DNA of 36,125 bases from Phoronis australis (taxonomy: Eukaryota > Animalia > Phoronida), in the NCBI GenBank assembly GCA_002633005.1, contig NMRA01000802.1:104034-140158 (forward strand). Reading direction: 5' to 3'. The notes beneath the pieces are model-generated. The model was given only the letters and a program-made list of their open reading frames with translations, did not search any database and was not told the origin of the DNA. Shown here one piece after another: positions 13,545 to 25,793 of this stretch (position 1 is its first letter; every line of letters begins with the position of its first letter). Made by a program: the position numbers and the translations under genes.

Positions 13545-15125
13545 CACTGCCTTGGACTGTGGACCTGTGAGTGTATTTCTGGGGAATAATGTTGTGCAGA
13601 TGGAGATGAATGGTGGAAACATGACCTGGAGTCCTACAGACAAAGTCCCTTTCCTGGAGGCTACATGTATGTAAACTGTGGAAACAAGGAACACGCCATG
13701 TCCAAGGAAAAATTTTGTATTGGAAAACATTCTGTCTTGCACAAATCACTCCTAAACTATCAGTTCTGTGTGTTGCTTGAACTTGTAGAAAACTGTCTGA
13801 CCATAGATCTGTATCACGGTGTTATGCAACGCTTAAGCCATTTGTGCATTGTGGGAAGTAGGTAGATGGTAAATGTCCATATCATTTGGGCTCCGTTTTG
13901 CCAATATGGGTGCTTGTTGTCACTGAGGCTTATCAGTGTCTGATACTTTCAACTTTGCAAAGGTTGCCATGTGGTGTTGAGTGTTTGGGTAGAAAATACT
14001 GGAAGTTGAACTGATGCTTTGTTTAACTTTGTTTAATATAGAGTGTGGAGGAAAAATCAACGTAGTGCACTTGGTCGCTTCTAATTAATGGGGTTTGTTT
14101 TATCAAAATGTGCCAGTGTCGTCTTAGCTACAGATGGTAACTGACATTTTATCTGAACACAGTTCATTTATTTGTCTCTAAGTGTCAGTCATGAAGTCTT
14201 AATATTAGAACTGTTCAACTTATAGTCAGTTGCAACATTTAAAAAGTGTAATGTCCTGTTTGCAATATCATGCCTACAACCCTTTTACATTGTAGCTACG
14301 GACTGACCTGTGGACTTTATTAATAATGGGCTCCTGATAGATTAGTAGCATAGTGTAACATGTTAGATGTACTTATTGAAAATGAAATTTGACTCAGGTG
14401 GTGTAAAAGGAAACAGTTTTACTTTTTCGGAAGCTGGAAAAATTGTGGTTCATTATGAACCCGGTGTCTGGATAATTGCTGAATTTGTAATAACTCTCAT
14501 CATTTCTAGGTAGGAGCGATAATGTCTTTGTGAACAAGTCTCAAGCCATAGATTTTTCACCACATCATTAGGGCACATTAATGCAAGCATTATTATTTTA
14601 GCAAGATGCCATTTTATGGCTTCTACTGTGGGAACTATTGGTTTAGTAGGTAGTTTTGCCTTAAACCTGTGTGTGGATACATGTGTTCAGGTGGCTATGT
14701 ACATGTGTGATTACTCACAGCTTATATACTGTGTACTGTGTCACAAGCTACAATCAAAAGATCAACTTTGTGGGAATATTCCTAGTCACACATGTATGTT
14801 CATGGTTATTGTATTATGGTGAGACATTATCCCTTCCATAAGAATGTATTACCTAATTGGGAAATCCTATAATAGGATTCATGTACAAACTCAGCTTCAC
14901 CCCATACACTCATTTAAAATTTGTAAAATGAACCAGGTTGCCAATAGGCAGTAGTTATTTATTTAAAACCACTTCTAGGCTTCATGATTTCAAAGTTAAA
15001 AACTTTGTTAATAATGACGACTTAATGAATCAACTGTATTTTATCTGTGCTCATGGAGCTGAATGCACAATTCCATAGTCACCTTATGTGACTACCAATT
15101 GTGTGGCTGTACCAAATGTCCTCTG

Positions 15126-16290
15126 TGGTCCATTTCATGAAAGGGGGCTTTAGGCTGAAGTTAAACATTTCGTCTCGAGCCCTCACTTTCCTATTATGGA
15201 AAAGACTTTAGCATATCATAATTAAGCAGCGACAGGAGTTGGAAACAAATCATTTTTCCACATATCAAAGGTCTGTTCCAGTCTTGTCCTGGATCAGCTA
15301 TGGTCAATCTTGGTTCAAAGTTCATAACCTTGCCACTAAATTTCACACACATGTGGACAATTCCCCATACCTGTTGTCCAAACTCCCTCCCTGAAAAGTT
15401 AGAGACGTGGACACGGGATTGTTCCAACCCCCTGGGTAATAAGGTAATGTGTTTTTGAATTATCGGATCAAGGCAAGTCCGCAATTTCAATTTATTATTT
15501 TTAATTTTCGGTATTTGGTATTTCTTTCTTGGCTTGCATAAAAAATGTTGGGGTCAGTGAATCAATTTTCATGAAGTCAATTAAACAGAACCACTTTCAA
15601 TAGAGTTGTGAAATTTACTGACATTGGCAGCCTACTGAAAAATTACCTCTAATTAAATTTATGATTGAAATCCTTGTTTTTAAAAAATAAATTCCATTGG
15701 AGATCGTTTTTGTGTTTTAATGGCTTTAATCATATTACCCGATTTGTTAGTATTCCAACATTTGTGTACATACGTGTAAACTTTTTTCTGGATTTTGAGA
15801 ACCTCAGTTCTTTGTTTTGGCTTATACACATTTTTTGATGTTTTATTTTGTAGCCCATACCATATCAAATGAGATAAAAATTGGGTCGCCAAATTATTTT
15901 CAGTTATTTTAGCTAAAAAGCATCGCGCAAAGTGCAAAATGTTACCTCAAAAGCTTGCTATATGAATTGCCACATTGTAGAATTAATGTTGAGCACTATT
16001 ATTTAGCGCCACGAAATAAAAAATCAGTGCAAAATCAACATTTTTCAAACTAAATAGTCTTGTCATTTCTAATAAAATATCATTCAATTTTTGGCAAAGT
16101 CAAAATTGTGAAAAAACGACTGCTTTATGGCATTTTAGGCAAACTGTTTCTGACCCCCTCAATTATCAACTGTGGTATCCTATGAGACTGTAGGCAATGA
16201 TGAGCTGAAATTGAATTATTTTCCCGAAATAGTTGTGTGGAGCATACAGAAAGACAAAATTTCCACATTTCCATTTCATGAAACGGACCC
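15126..16290. mobile_element. ~1.16-kb non-autonomous DNA element with the same TIR family as 7231-7543
   Basis: TIRs GGTCCATTTCATGAAA (15127-15142) and TTTCATGAAACGGACC (16274-16289), 15/16 match. Confidence 0.6.
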
Positions 16291-17258
16291 CAAGGCACTG
16301 TTTGAATTGGTGGTTTCTTTAAATTCAATATAAAAACCGCGGTTATGAATATGTTATGGTGTTGTTACTGATAAGAAGACTTCTAATTAAATGTTTTAAT
16401 TCGCTACCATCTGTATATTTGTGGTCTATTTATTTGGTTGGTTCGCTGGTTGTATATACTTAAGGTTAATAAAAGTTGTTTTTGGTAAATATGTTAATCA
16501 ATTGAGTTCACGTTTCATAGCAGGGTTCTATTGTACATGTATTTTTCTCTCACGCCCAATTTGTAGTGTGCATTCCCTGAACCAATAGGTTATGCCAGTA
16601 GTGAAAAATCGCCCCAAGCTCACGACAGTAAGACAATAAGAAAAATAAACAAAATCAACCTTATTGCGAAACTGAAGTATTGATAGTCCAATGAAATCAC
16701 GTGACGAACTGATTCACTGTGACTGGGTGGAACAAGACCACGCCTAGTGTGCATGCATACTTGAACAAATTAATTATTTCGGGAAGGTATTTAACACGTT
16801 TTAATTGCTCAAGTTGTATTCATGGAAGCTTCAATCTTATGTACGGCCCAGTGATAAGCTCAGGGTTGCGAAGCAAGCGCTCGTGATGGAAAACCTATAA
16901 TGGGAACGGTGAATGGCATACCATGATGAATTCTAAACAGTTATCAGTAAACATTCCAACCTCACTAACAAATAATTTGGCTAGGTTAGGTAAGAAAGTT
17001 CTCGGGCATAATCCTTCCCGCGAAACACCATCCTTTTGACAGCGTGATTTCTCTTTTTTACTCAAGAAACTTGGTCTACTAAACTCTAGCCATTGAGGAA
17101 CGTTTACTGACAACATGGGGGCGGTAATGACAGGAGAGCGTCAATTTGGTGACGGCCGGGCGCGGCATCATTGTCGACAGCTGAGACGGAGAGGTAAATG
17201 TTGGAGCTCGACACTTCCAGGTGTTGGTGACGTTGTATGGACATACATGTATGTACAA

Positions 17259-17512
17259 CATGCGCGCACACAGCCTAAAATATAGGGGGGCTCGAATTTT
17301 TCGATATGTGGACCTTTTACAGAAAAAAATAACGAGGACTAAAAAAAGGAGCCAGTAGGTTCAACCTACGAAGTGCGCATCCGCATCGAATTCCTGTGGT
17401 CTTTGTGGACCTTTTGTCTCGTTTACTCAACCTTTTTGTTTCGCTGACGCTGACCTTTTTGCCCAATTCGCCAATCGTTCGAACCCCCCGATACCACCTG
17501 GTTGCGCCCATG
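17259..17512. mobile_element. MITE-like element (254 bp) with candidate 5-bp TSD
   Basis: Ends CATGCGCGCA...GGGGGGCTCGAA and, reverse-complemented, CATGGGCGCA...GGGGGGTTCGAA. TACAA flanks both sides (17254-17258, 17513-17517). Confidence 0.55.
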
Positions 17513-17550
17513 TACAATTACAATCACAACAAGGACGTAAAGTGCCTTTC

Positions 17551-17556
17551 TTTATT
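17551..17556 (-). promoter_or_regulatory. Candidate polyadenylation signal AATAAA of the minus-strand gene
   Basis: AATAAA on the - strand about 93 nt after the TGA at 17651-17649. Such hexamers are common in AT-rich DNA. Confidence 0.35.
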
Positions 17557-17648
17557 TTGCTCATGCACGCTTTTCCACCACACAGATCTTCCTTTATAAG
17601 AGTTTCTTTTGGCTACCCAGTCAGGTCTGTCTATAGGCAAAACCGTGG

Positions 17649-17980
17649 TCAAAATGTATATTCACCCCTCAGAGCTACCGTGAATGAAACACAGATCACC
17701 TTAAGGATATCGAAAATGAAAATATGCTGAAAGACATTAATGGCTACCAGGAATATCCACTGTCTGGTAACGTTGTTGTTTAGATCGTACGCCAAATATA
17801 TGGTGGCTGTGAAGATGATAATTGCGACGACGATCATAAAGTCAATTGCTAAATTGCGAGCCCACACAGGGCCATATCGGCCGATGTCGTACAAGTTGAC
17901 CTCGATTTGAAACAGCACGCTCTTGCTGACGTCATCGATTCCAATTTCCTCATCCTCTACTAATAAAACGTTTGCGTCCC
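17649..17980 (-). CDS. Probable terminal exon encoding two TM helices, resembling polycystin-1-family TM4-TM5
   Basis: Acceptor TTTATTTTCTGCACGACAG|GG is phase 1, matching the donor after 18656. Translation includes PVWARNLAIDFMIVVAIIIFTATIYLAYDLNNNVTRQWIFLVAINVFQHIFIFDILKVICVSFTVALRGEYTF*. Confidence 0.7.
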
Positions 17981-18655
17981 CTGTCGTGCAGAAAATAAAC
18001 ACGATTACATGATTTTCACGTATGTCCTTCGGGTGCAAAAATGCTGAAGACTGCCACTTAATAACTAGAAATCCGGTTGTCATTGATTGTAAACACTAAA
18101 ACAGACGTATTCTAAACTCAACGAATTACTTAATATCTGACTGCTGTTGCCACATTTCCGTTAAATGATGTACATTTTCTAGACCTATAAAGACCCTGAG
18201 TGCATGAACTCAGATCAGATATTAACACAGCAAACGATGCTTTGATTTCCAACGCTGCAGTGAAAGCAGGTAGTTTTGCTTTTGTTTATGTTGGTTTCTA
18301 GCAGTTTTCTTACTGAGCAGACGGGAGGACGAGAATTCTGCGCACTGTAGATAAACTTAATTTTGGGCTGTTGTTCTTTTTTGAAACACGGATGTACTAG
18401 TTCACAAGTTATTAGTACTCTGGTTTATTAGCTTGTGATGCCATTGTCAAGTGATAGTTTTGAAAAACAAAAAGCTAATTGTCGCCAGTACGTTTTACTA
18501 CTGTTCGAGTCGAATCGTATGTGCATGTTTTTGCCAAATTTGATATCAGGAGTGACACCCAGTAGTGGAATTTATATATATATATTTTTTTTTTACTTTC
18601 TTATGAGTACATTGACCATTAAATATATGCCAGAAACAGAAAGCAGAAAACTTAC

Positions 18656-20603
18656 CTCGGAATCTTTCCTCACGTCGTTTGCCCCGGGTTATGATTTTCT
18701 CTTGCAATTTGTCGTGAGTTAGATCGACAGGTGGGGGCTTTCCTATTTCGTGTTTTATTTGTATTTTCGCAGCTCCTGATTTTCTAACGGCGTCGTTTTC
18801 CTCTTCCTGTTTATTTCTCATACTCCGTGACCGTTTACGATTCATTAAGACGTTGTTGAGCGTCTTGAGAGCACTCCTTCCATCACGACGCCATCTACCA
18901 ACAGCACCGCCTATCGCATTTCTGTTGACACTAGCTTGTGTAATACTTGTTTGTGAGGAACTAGCAGCACTGTTGCTGGCGTTTTGAATGTTGGTGTGTT
19001 TTCGACTTAACTTAGGCAAAACAGATACCAGCCTCCCCAAAGCGGTCTTGTTCTTTTTTAATGGTTTCACTTCAGCGCCACCTTTCTCCAAGCCTGCACA
19101 GCTCGATTTCGTTAACCTGTTTGGAGTTTTAAGGTCCGACCTATCATCATCGTCTCTGTTGCTTAAATTTTCGCTATTGGTTGTAGTTGCCTCTGAGTCG
19201 AACATCTCTGACGCCGTGTCTCCGTGCTCATCGCCGCTAGTGACACTATTTGTCTCACCCGTTAGGTTTGGATGAAATTGATGCTGTGTGCTGGGAAACT
19301 GGAAATGCACTAACCGAGGACTGCTCTCGTTCTCATGACTATTCTTTGCACGTTGCCTGCTCGATGATTTTGCTGTTTCTAATTCTTCTAGAAGTCGCGT
19401 AATGAGGGCGCTTCTTTGTCTACTCTCATCTTGTTGATGGAAAATCCCCGACAATAATGTTGAAGAACTCACACTGTTTGCAAACACTTCCAGTGACTGT
19501 ACCAGGATTTCGCTATTGGTGATAAATTCATCGGACAATGTACCAGTGCTGAAGTCTTTTCGGGCGGAGTTATGACTCAGCTTATATTCTACCAGCAATC
19601 TCTTAAGTTCTTGCCCAAGATTATAGACATTGAGCAGTACGTTTTCAGTACCGTTGTCGTTTTGAACGCCCGTTTTAAACTCTCCTATATCCATGAGATC
19701 ATTTAACGTGTGCTTTAGTTCATGTATAGTATTTGTAAGAGCCTCACTTGACTTAACAATTTTCATTGGTAAGCCTTGTTCCGCTCCACCCTTTATTGCG
19801 TTGAACTTTTGTTTGTTAATAGAACGTTGCAGTTCGAGACCGTGTTCATAGATTGTGTCCAACAATTTGTCGAATGTCAGTTGTTGTTCATTCCTTGCTT
19901 CTTCAGGATGCGTAGCGCAAGGTTTCAGGTCATCTGGCCGAAAGTAATCGACAACGCAGTTAGAAGTACATGAAGAATGACAGCCGAACGATAGGGCTAC
20001 GTTCCTCTTCACATTCATATGTCTGTAACCTTCCAATGTACTAGGCGGCAAATTACTTGCGTGAGTTGCACCGTTTGGCTTCAACCCAGATGATGTTGTC
20101 TGTTCATCCAGTTCAGCCGGTTCTTCGAGATTCTTGTTACCTGGGGTTTGGTGCAGAGTTCCAGAAGACTCTTGTAAAGGTGTGATTCCCGAGTAACTAT
20201 ACATGGTGCAAGAAGTGGATGACGTCGACTGGTGCAACAGGTCAGATGGCCTTACGTTACAAGCTTTGGTGTTGGGATCTTGTTCGATGTCGCTGGTTAT
20301 TCCGGTTGCATTGTTCTGTGTATTGTCTTCGTGCTCTTGTTCACTAAGTAGCATAGCTTCGTAAAAGAATTTTTCAGGAAGATCCTCAATGAGTGGAAGT
20401 AACTGCGTAACAGTTTCTGCACTGAACTTTTTTTCATCAATTAAATATCGGACGAGAAAGTCACCAGGCCTCACACAAGTTCCTACAGTGTTTTGGGATA
20501 TCACGAACTCCGAACTCTCGCGCTGCTCATCCATTTCACTCCACTTTTCTTTCGTGTGCGATGCACTGTCATCAGAGGTCGAATTGCTGTCTTCGCATTC
20601 TCT
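18656..20603 (-). CDS. Large exon (~649 codons), Ser/Thr/Glu-rich and mostly disordered, with a helical core and basic C-terminal part
   Basis: Within the 689-codon ORF 18546-20615. Strong donor CCGAG|GTAAGT after 18656. Candidate acceptor TTGTATATTGTTTACAAAG before 20603 is weaker, so the 5' boundary is uncertain. Confidence 0.8.
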
Positions 20604-22244
20604 CTTTGTAAACAATATACAAGTAATCTTTACTTAGATACTGCCTTGTATTTAATAGAGTATACAAAGTAGCGATACAAGCGACATAGACTTGGACAAC
20701 GTGTGCAGCTAATGCAAATGGATTTTTACGGTCATTCATTTTGCTTAAAATGATCTGAAATGATTTTGAAATTATCGCTCACTCGACCTCTTAAGTTGCT
20801 GGTCGCGGACAATGGCAACAAGACAAAACATCCATTTTGGAACATGTCCGAGAAATGTACATGTTGAATTGAACATTGACGTTAAGTCAACTACACATGA
20901 TGCTGAAACAATTCTGTTTTATTTTGCCATCCCTGGCTTCTCTTAATGTCCGACATGTGTTGAACTCTACCTTTTACCTGAGAACCTCCAATTTCACAAT
21001 ATTAAGATACCCATGTTTTCGAGATTACCGCTAGCCACGGGGGGAGGGGTTAGGCATACCAAAGTCACGACCCTTTCCTTGTTCATTGGAAAAATGCCCT
21101 GCTCTTCTTCGAAACGCAATGTGTTTTTCCCAATGCACTGTTTATTGCCACTCACTAACAGCATTTCCTGAAGCCAACTATTTTGCTTTTTCACCCCCCC
21201 CCCTCCGTTTGAATACTTCTAAAAGGCCAATGGACATTATGACATATGTTTTATATTAGAGGAATCAAAAAAGTTCGGACTATGGTATGGTGTAGTAATC
21301 TAGCTTTTATTTCATTGTTGCATACCTAAGTCAAATTTTATTTCATTTCTTTTTCAAACAACAAAATATCAAGAAGTCTTACTAGACACTTTTGCACTTT
21401 ATTCACGGATCAGTTACAACTTTGACACTAATTGAAATCGGAGATCTACATTGTACATGTACAGTACACGTGTACTATCTTATCTGTTTTCCTCGAGCGT
21501 TCACAGATTGTGTTCGTTCCGCGGAGGCAACGCACACGCAAAAACGCAACACCACGCAAGACTTCGTTACAATATCGTCATGCTTTACGAGCGATCAAAG
21601 AGTGTGATAACGCTAGAGTTACTGACAATGCAAGAATTTTCTTTCTACGAAATTCAGTCCGGCTAAGCACTTCCTAGTATAACAGTAGCTGGAGATGTCT
21701 TTAAAATGATATAAACATTCGAGATAAAGCGGTGCTGCAGTTTTTCCGTTCGTTCATTAATCCATCTACCCTAGTTCGACAACGTAACTAACAGCAAGCA
21801 TATGCAGCAGGAGGTGCCCAGCAACTGTCAACCGTGAGGAGTAGCTACACACTCACACGCCAAGCCCAGTTTGAGGGGTGTCTCGTTTCTAACAAACACT
21901 TAATAAATAATTCAAACGCTATTGGAAACTTGTGGTGATAATTTTGTTCAAATGGGCAGTCAAGCGAACAACCCCTGTGTGATAATTACATGTACAATGC
22001 ACAAACCAAGCAAAAATTGAAACTTGTTTTCGCCTAAAACCTTGTTTAAAAGGATGCTTATGGCAGATTTGTGGAGGCAAAAGGTATCGTTTCACAGAAG
22101 AATAAATAAATTTTCTGTTGGTATACACACATTAAAAACAAGTACACTGTAACAAAAATACCAATACCTGAACATCAACCTCCGAATATTTTTAGAGGAA
22201 ATAATAAAATCTATTAAAAAAACACTCGCTCATTTTGTACTTAC

Positions 22245-22315
22245 ATTGAGATATCGTCGTATTACTTCACGCCTTCGTCGAAATCGTGTTGAAGGTTTTC
22301 TTTGAGTAGCTGCCA
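22245..22315 (-). CDS. Candidate 71-nt linker exon (VAATQRKPSTRFRRRREVIRRYLN)
   Basis: Acceptor TTGTGTCTTTAACAG and donor AAT|GTAAGT. Phase 1 in and phase 0 out, bridging 28375 and 20603. Confidence 0.55.
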
Positions 22316-22660
22316 CTGTTAAAGACACAATTTGATTAAAAAAAAATCCATTAGATAAACGACTGTAACCGTTGCGTTCTATCAGCAGAACAGTACATCC
22401 TCCGTAGGTTTGTATGGATATGTTTAAGGAATGTTTTGCCAAACAACCTCCAAAAGAACAAACCAGAAAATAACTAAGGTACAGGTATAGGTGAATTGTG
22501 GCCAGGGTCTAATCTTAGTTCTAGATATCGTTCTTCATTTGTGCGTGCTCAGGCTAAGTGGCTATCGTTCTGTGCACATTATGGTTCGTGCGTGCATTGT
22601 ATGAGTTCCTAGTCCCAAGTTCCCACTTGATGACCCGTAAGTCCGACCTGCAAAGGAGTT

Positions 22661-23655
22661 TTTTTTTAATCATTTTATTTCTAAATACATGTACACTAAT
22701 ATTTACAAACAATAAGATCTTTGCAAATGAAACACAGGCACACACACACGCACACACACATATCTAAATTACAGAAATTTACGGTTGGTCTAAAATAAAT
22801 AGGCATTGATGGTTTCCCAAAAGGCAGTTTTGCGGGGTTGTATATTCCTTACTTTACAGTAATTATACAAGAAACATTGAAATTGTGAATATTTTGGAAT
22901 AATCTGGCTTCTAGAACAGTTATGGATGAAATACTGGCAAATAGTTAATATGGTATTGATATCTTCAAAATTACATCCAAAATATGCTGTCAGAATAACA
23001 TTTCTATCCAAGACTAAATCGTGTTGTGCAGTTACGAAAATTAAAAGTTTCTGAATTTTACACCACAAAGTTTTCACAGAACCACATTCCACAAACATAT
23101 GGTTAAAAGTCTCAACAGTTCCACAAGATGCACACTTGTCATCACTGACAAAGTTCATCTTTTTCAAAATAAGCTTTGTAAACACTTTTCTATGAATATA
23201 GAAGTACTTAAAGGTTTCAACATGAGGAGGTAACAAGAGTTCGTGTGGAAGAACATAAATTTGTTTAATTCGTTGTCTAGAGTAAATGTCAGTTAAGCTG
23301 TACTCTATATCAGGAGACGAAACAATTTTGGAAAGCAAAATATTTCTAGAAAACACATTAGTAATTTAGCTTGACTGGGGATGTATGCATTTTGAAATTG
23401 AAGGATCAGCTTTCAACTTAATCGCACGTCTCAAAGCAGCATAATGAATCCAATTTGAAAGCTTGTATCTATTTTTCAAAACCTCCCAAGTAAGAAATTT
23501 ATTTTCAAAGTTCAAAAGATCCTTCACAAAAGTAATACCAGCCTCAAAGAAACTATTAAAGAATACAGTCCTCCTATTAATCAATATGTTTTTATTATTT
23601 CACACTACTTGGTTTACAATTGTTATGTCCTTATGTAAATGAGCACTAATTTCTT
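22661..23655 (-). mobile_element. 5'-truncated L1/Tx1-type LINE remnant (ORF2 C-terminus, 3' UTR, poly(A))
   Basis: NQVV*NNKNILINRRTVFFNSFFEAGITFVKDLL and zinc knuckle CASCGTVETFNHMFVECGSVKTLW, with internal stops. 3' UTR has (TG)n, AATAAA and an A tail. TSD CTGCAAAGGAGTT (22648-22660) / CTGCAAACGAGTT (23656-23668). Confidence 0.88.
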
Positions 23656-25581
23656 CTGCAAACGAGTTCAACCGGACTCAAACACAAAGCTTTAGTTCTG
23701 GGGTCATCAAGTGCGAACCAGGATCAGACGGTTATCTCCATAAACCATGGTGACTGGCTAATATATAAGTACATATACGTTCAGTTTGTAGAATGAAAGT
23801 GATGGTGCGGTCGCCTACATTTGCCAAAGTTTATTTTGTGGATTACAAATAAACGTGTTGGTTGAAAACAATCGAAACCTTGAAAACATTTGTAAAATCT
23901 TGCGTAGTGTCAAACAATTCAAAACCAATCAAAGTGCTAAAAGACAAGGATGAAGCCATGATTTTAACCGCTAGAATGCAGCATTAATGTGCCGTACATG
24001 CTAATGCCTGACTTAACAAAAGTCGTACGAAAGTCGTACTCACCCAACGGTTTCGTAAAGATTGAGTAAAGTCCGTCCAGTCCTCTACGGAATATGCTTA
24101 ATGGATTTCCAATCTGTAATTGTTTTTCGTGTTACAAATATCAATTGAACGTGAGGAGTGAGAACGTGTGGAATTCAAACAAAGGACTTACACAACATTA
24201 GGAAATCGTAGTAACAAGTGGCCAAGCCTGTTGATCTATATAACGTCAGATTATTGGAAAATGGTTTACGCTTGGTTAGTGGAGTTGAAGCAAGAAATCC
24301 GCACAAAAATCTGTTTCGATGGATGTCATTCCGTATCAGAAACATGGCGCTTGGTGACATCTTATTTTCAATTAACCTCTCACGGAAAGAAATCAGCGGT
24401 TGTGACAGTTGCGGATCTTAAAACGTTTTCGCAACTAGAACGTTTTAAAGATTCTATGTCTCATTAAATTGTGAATATGCAAATGAAGTACTAGTTTACA
24501 AACAGCCCCGGGTCTTCCGGTGTGCCGGAAACCACCCGAGATCCAATAGCCTTTTGCGAGACTGTTTTTATGTAAACCAGTATGGAATTTTTTCATCGTT
24601 ACCCTAATGAGTCAAGGCGCAGATATTATTTCTTTATTTCACTATCAAATTTCGATTGCGTACTCTTTGGAATTATTAGGTTTTTTATATGGTTACACTT
24701 GCTTTTAAGTATAGAAGTTGTGATGTTTTACTTAAAACCGCAATTTATTTAAAAATTGTTTCTTTTGCTGATCATACTTGTACACGCAGTACTCCAAGTC
24801 ATTAGGTGGCGCTAATACAAACTTGAATATTCACGGTTTTAATGAGACATACCATCTAAGTTAAAGTTTTTAAGGCTTGGAATGTTTCAAAATTTAATCT
24901 GCATTAAACTTTAGCCGCCATCTAGTGTAATGCTGCAAGGAATTAAAGTTATCTTGAATTTGGCGCACTTTTGATAAGGTCATATTGCGAATTCGTTTCA
25001 GAAGCTCAAATACTTCAAAAAAGTCTGTCACCCCTATTTTCCTATTTCTTAAAAACATGGGGGGCATCAAAATGCCATAAAAATAAAAAATAACGATGTA
25101 ACTGTTCGTGTAGAATCCAAAACGCGAAGTTAGAGCTGTTAAAAAACGTTTGCTTACGCCGACTCAAATATCGGTGAATATGAAATATCATCGCAACTGT
25201 TAACACATAAAACTAACATCGTCAACCGAAATTTGTCCGTTTTCAGGATTTTTTCATTCATTAAATATAATTTAAGATGGCTTTTCAGTAACCTGTTTTC
25301 TTAAGGTGCCTTTATTTAGATTACTGTAATGAAAGTTCAATTCGGTGAACCAGCGTCTGCCAGATGTGTACTAGACAAAGACCAAATATAAATTAAAAGA
25401 AAAAAATCAACGAATGTTTTGAATTAGTTGGGTGAAAACATACCGCTTTACGTCCTGGGACGTTTTAACCAGTATCACACAAGCGTTACATGTAGTTTCG
25501 GTTACACTTTAAACGCAAACGCAAACCTGTGAGTCATCAGAGGTCTCAGGTTCACTCTCGCGTATGCGCTGTCTGATACGC

Positions 25582-25793
25582 CGTAAAATGTAACAACAGT
25601 TGCATTTTACGTCATTGTTACATTTTATGTTGCTAAGCCTCTCCTCAAATGTAACAAGTTGTTACATTTTACGCAGTTGTTACATTTCACGTCGAACGCA
25701 CATGCGACAAATGTACCATTGTTACATTTTACGTAGCTGTTACATTTCACGTCGAATGCACATGCGAGAAATGTACCATTGTTACATTTTACG
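25582..25793. repeat. 60-bp tandem repeat (~2.3 copies, 25659-25793) in an array of GTTACATTT / AAATGTAAC motifs
   Basis: Unit ttgttacattttacgYagYtgttacatttcacgtcgaaYgcacatgcgaSaaatgtacca with an exact period of 60. Confidence 0.9.

Noticed and set aside
17524-17630. Extra minus-strand exon (DRPDWVAKRNSY...TSLL*) reached from a donor after 17666
   Set aside because: Needs a 35-nt intron, shorter than expected given this window's other introns; ending at the TGA at 17649 is simpler.
531-17730. Many 60-140 aa ORFs in the track with TTG/GTG starts
   Set aside because: Intronic, UTR or antisense chance ORFs; only the parts overlapping the exons listed above are supported.
20994-21230. G-run/C-run pair suggesting a MITE
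   Set aside because: No convincing terminal inverted repeat or TSD beyond the homopolymers.
21769-21852. Minus-strand peptide VCSYSSRLTVAGHLLLHMLAVSYVVELG, loosely like polycystin TM2
   Set aside because: Bounded by in-frame stops, no polypyrimidine acceptor, and the similarity is too short to support an exon.
25659-25793. Possible CRISPR-like array
   Set aside because: Units are contiguous and near-identical with no unique spacers; eukaryotic intron context and no cas genes.
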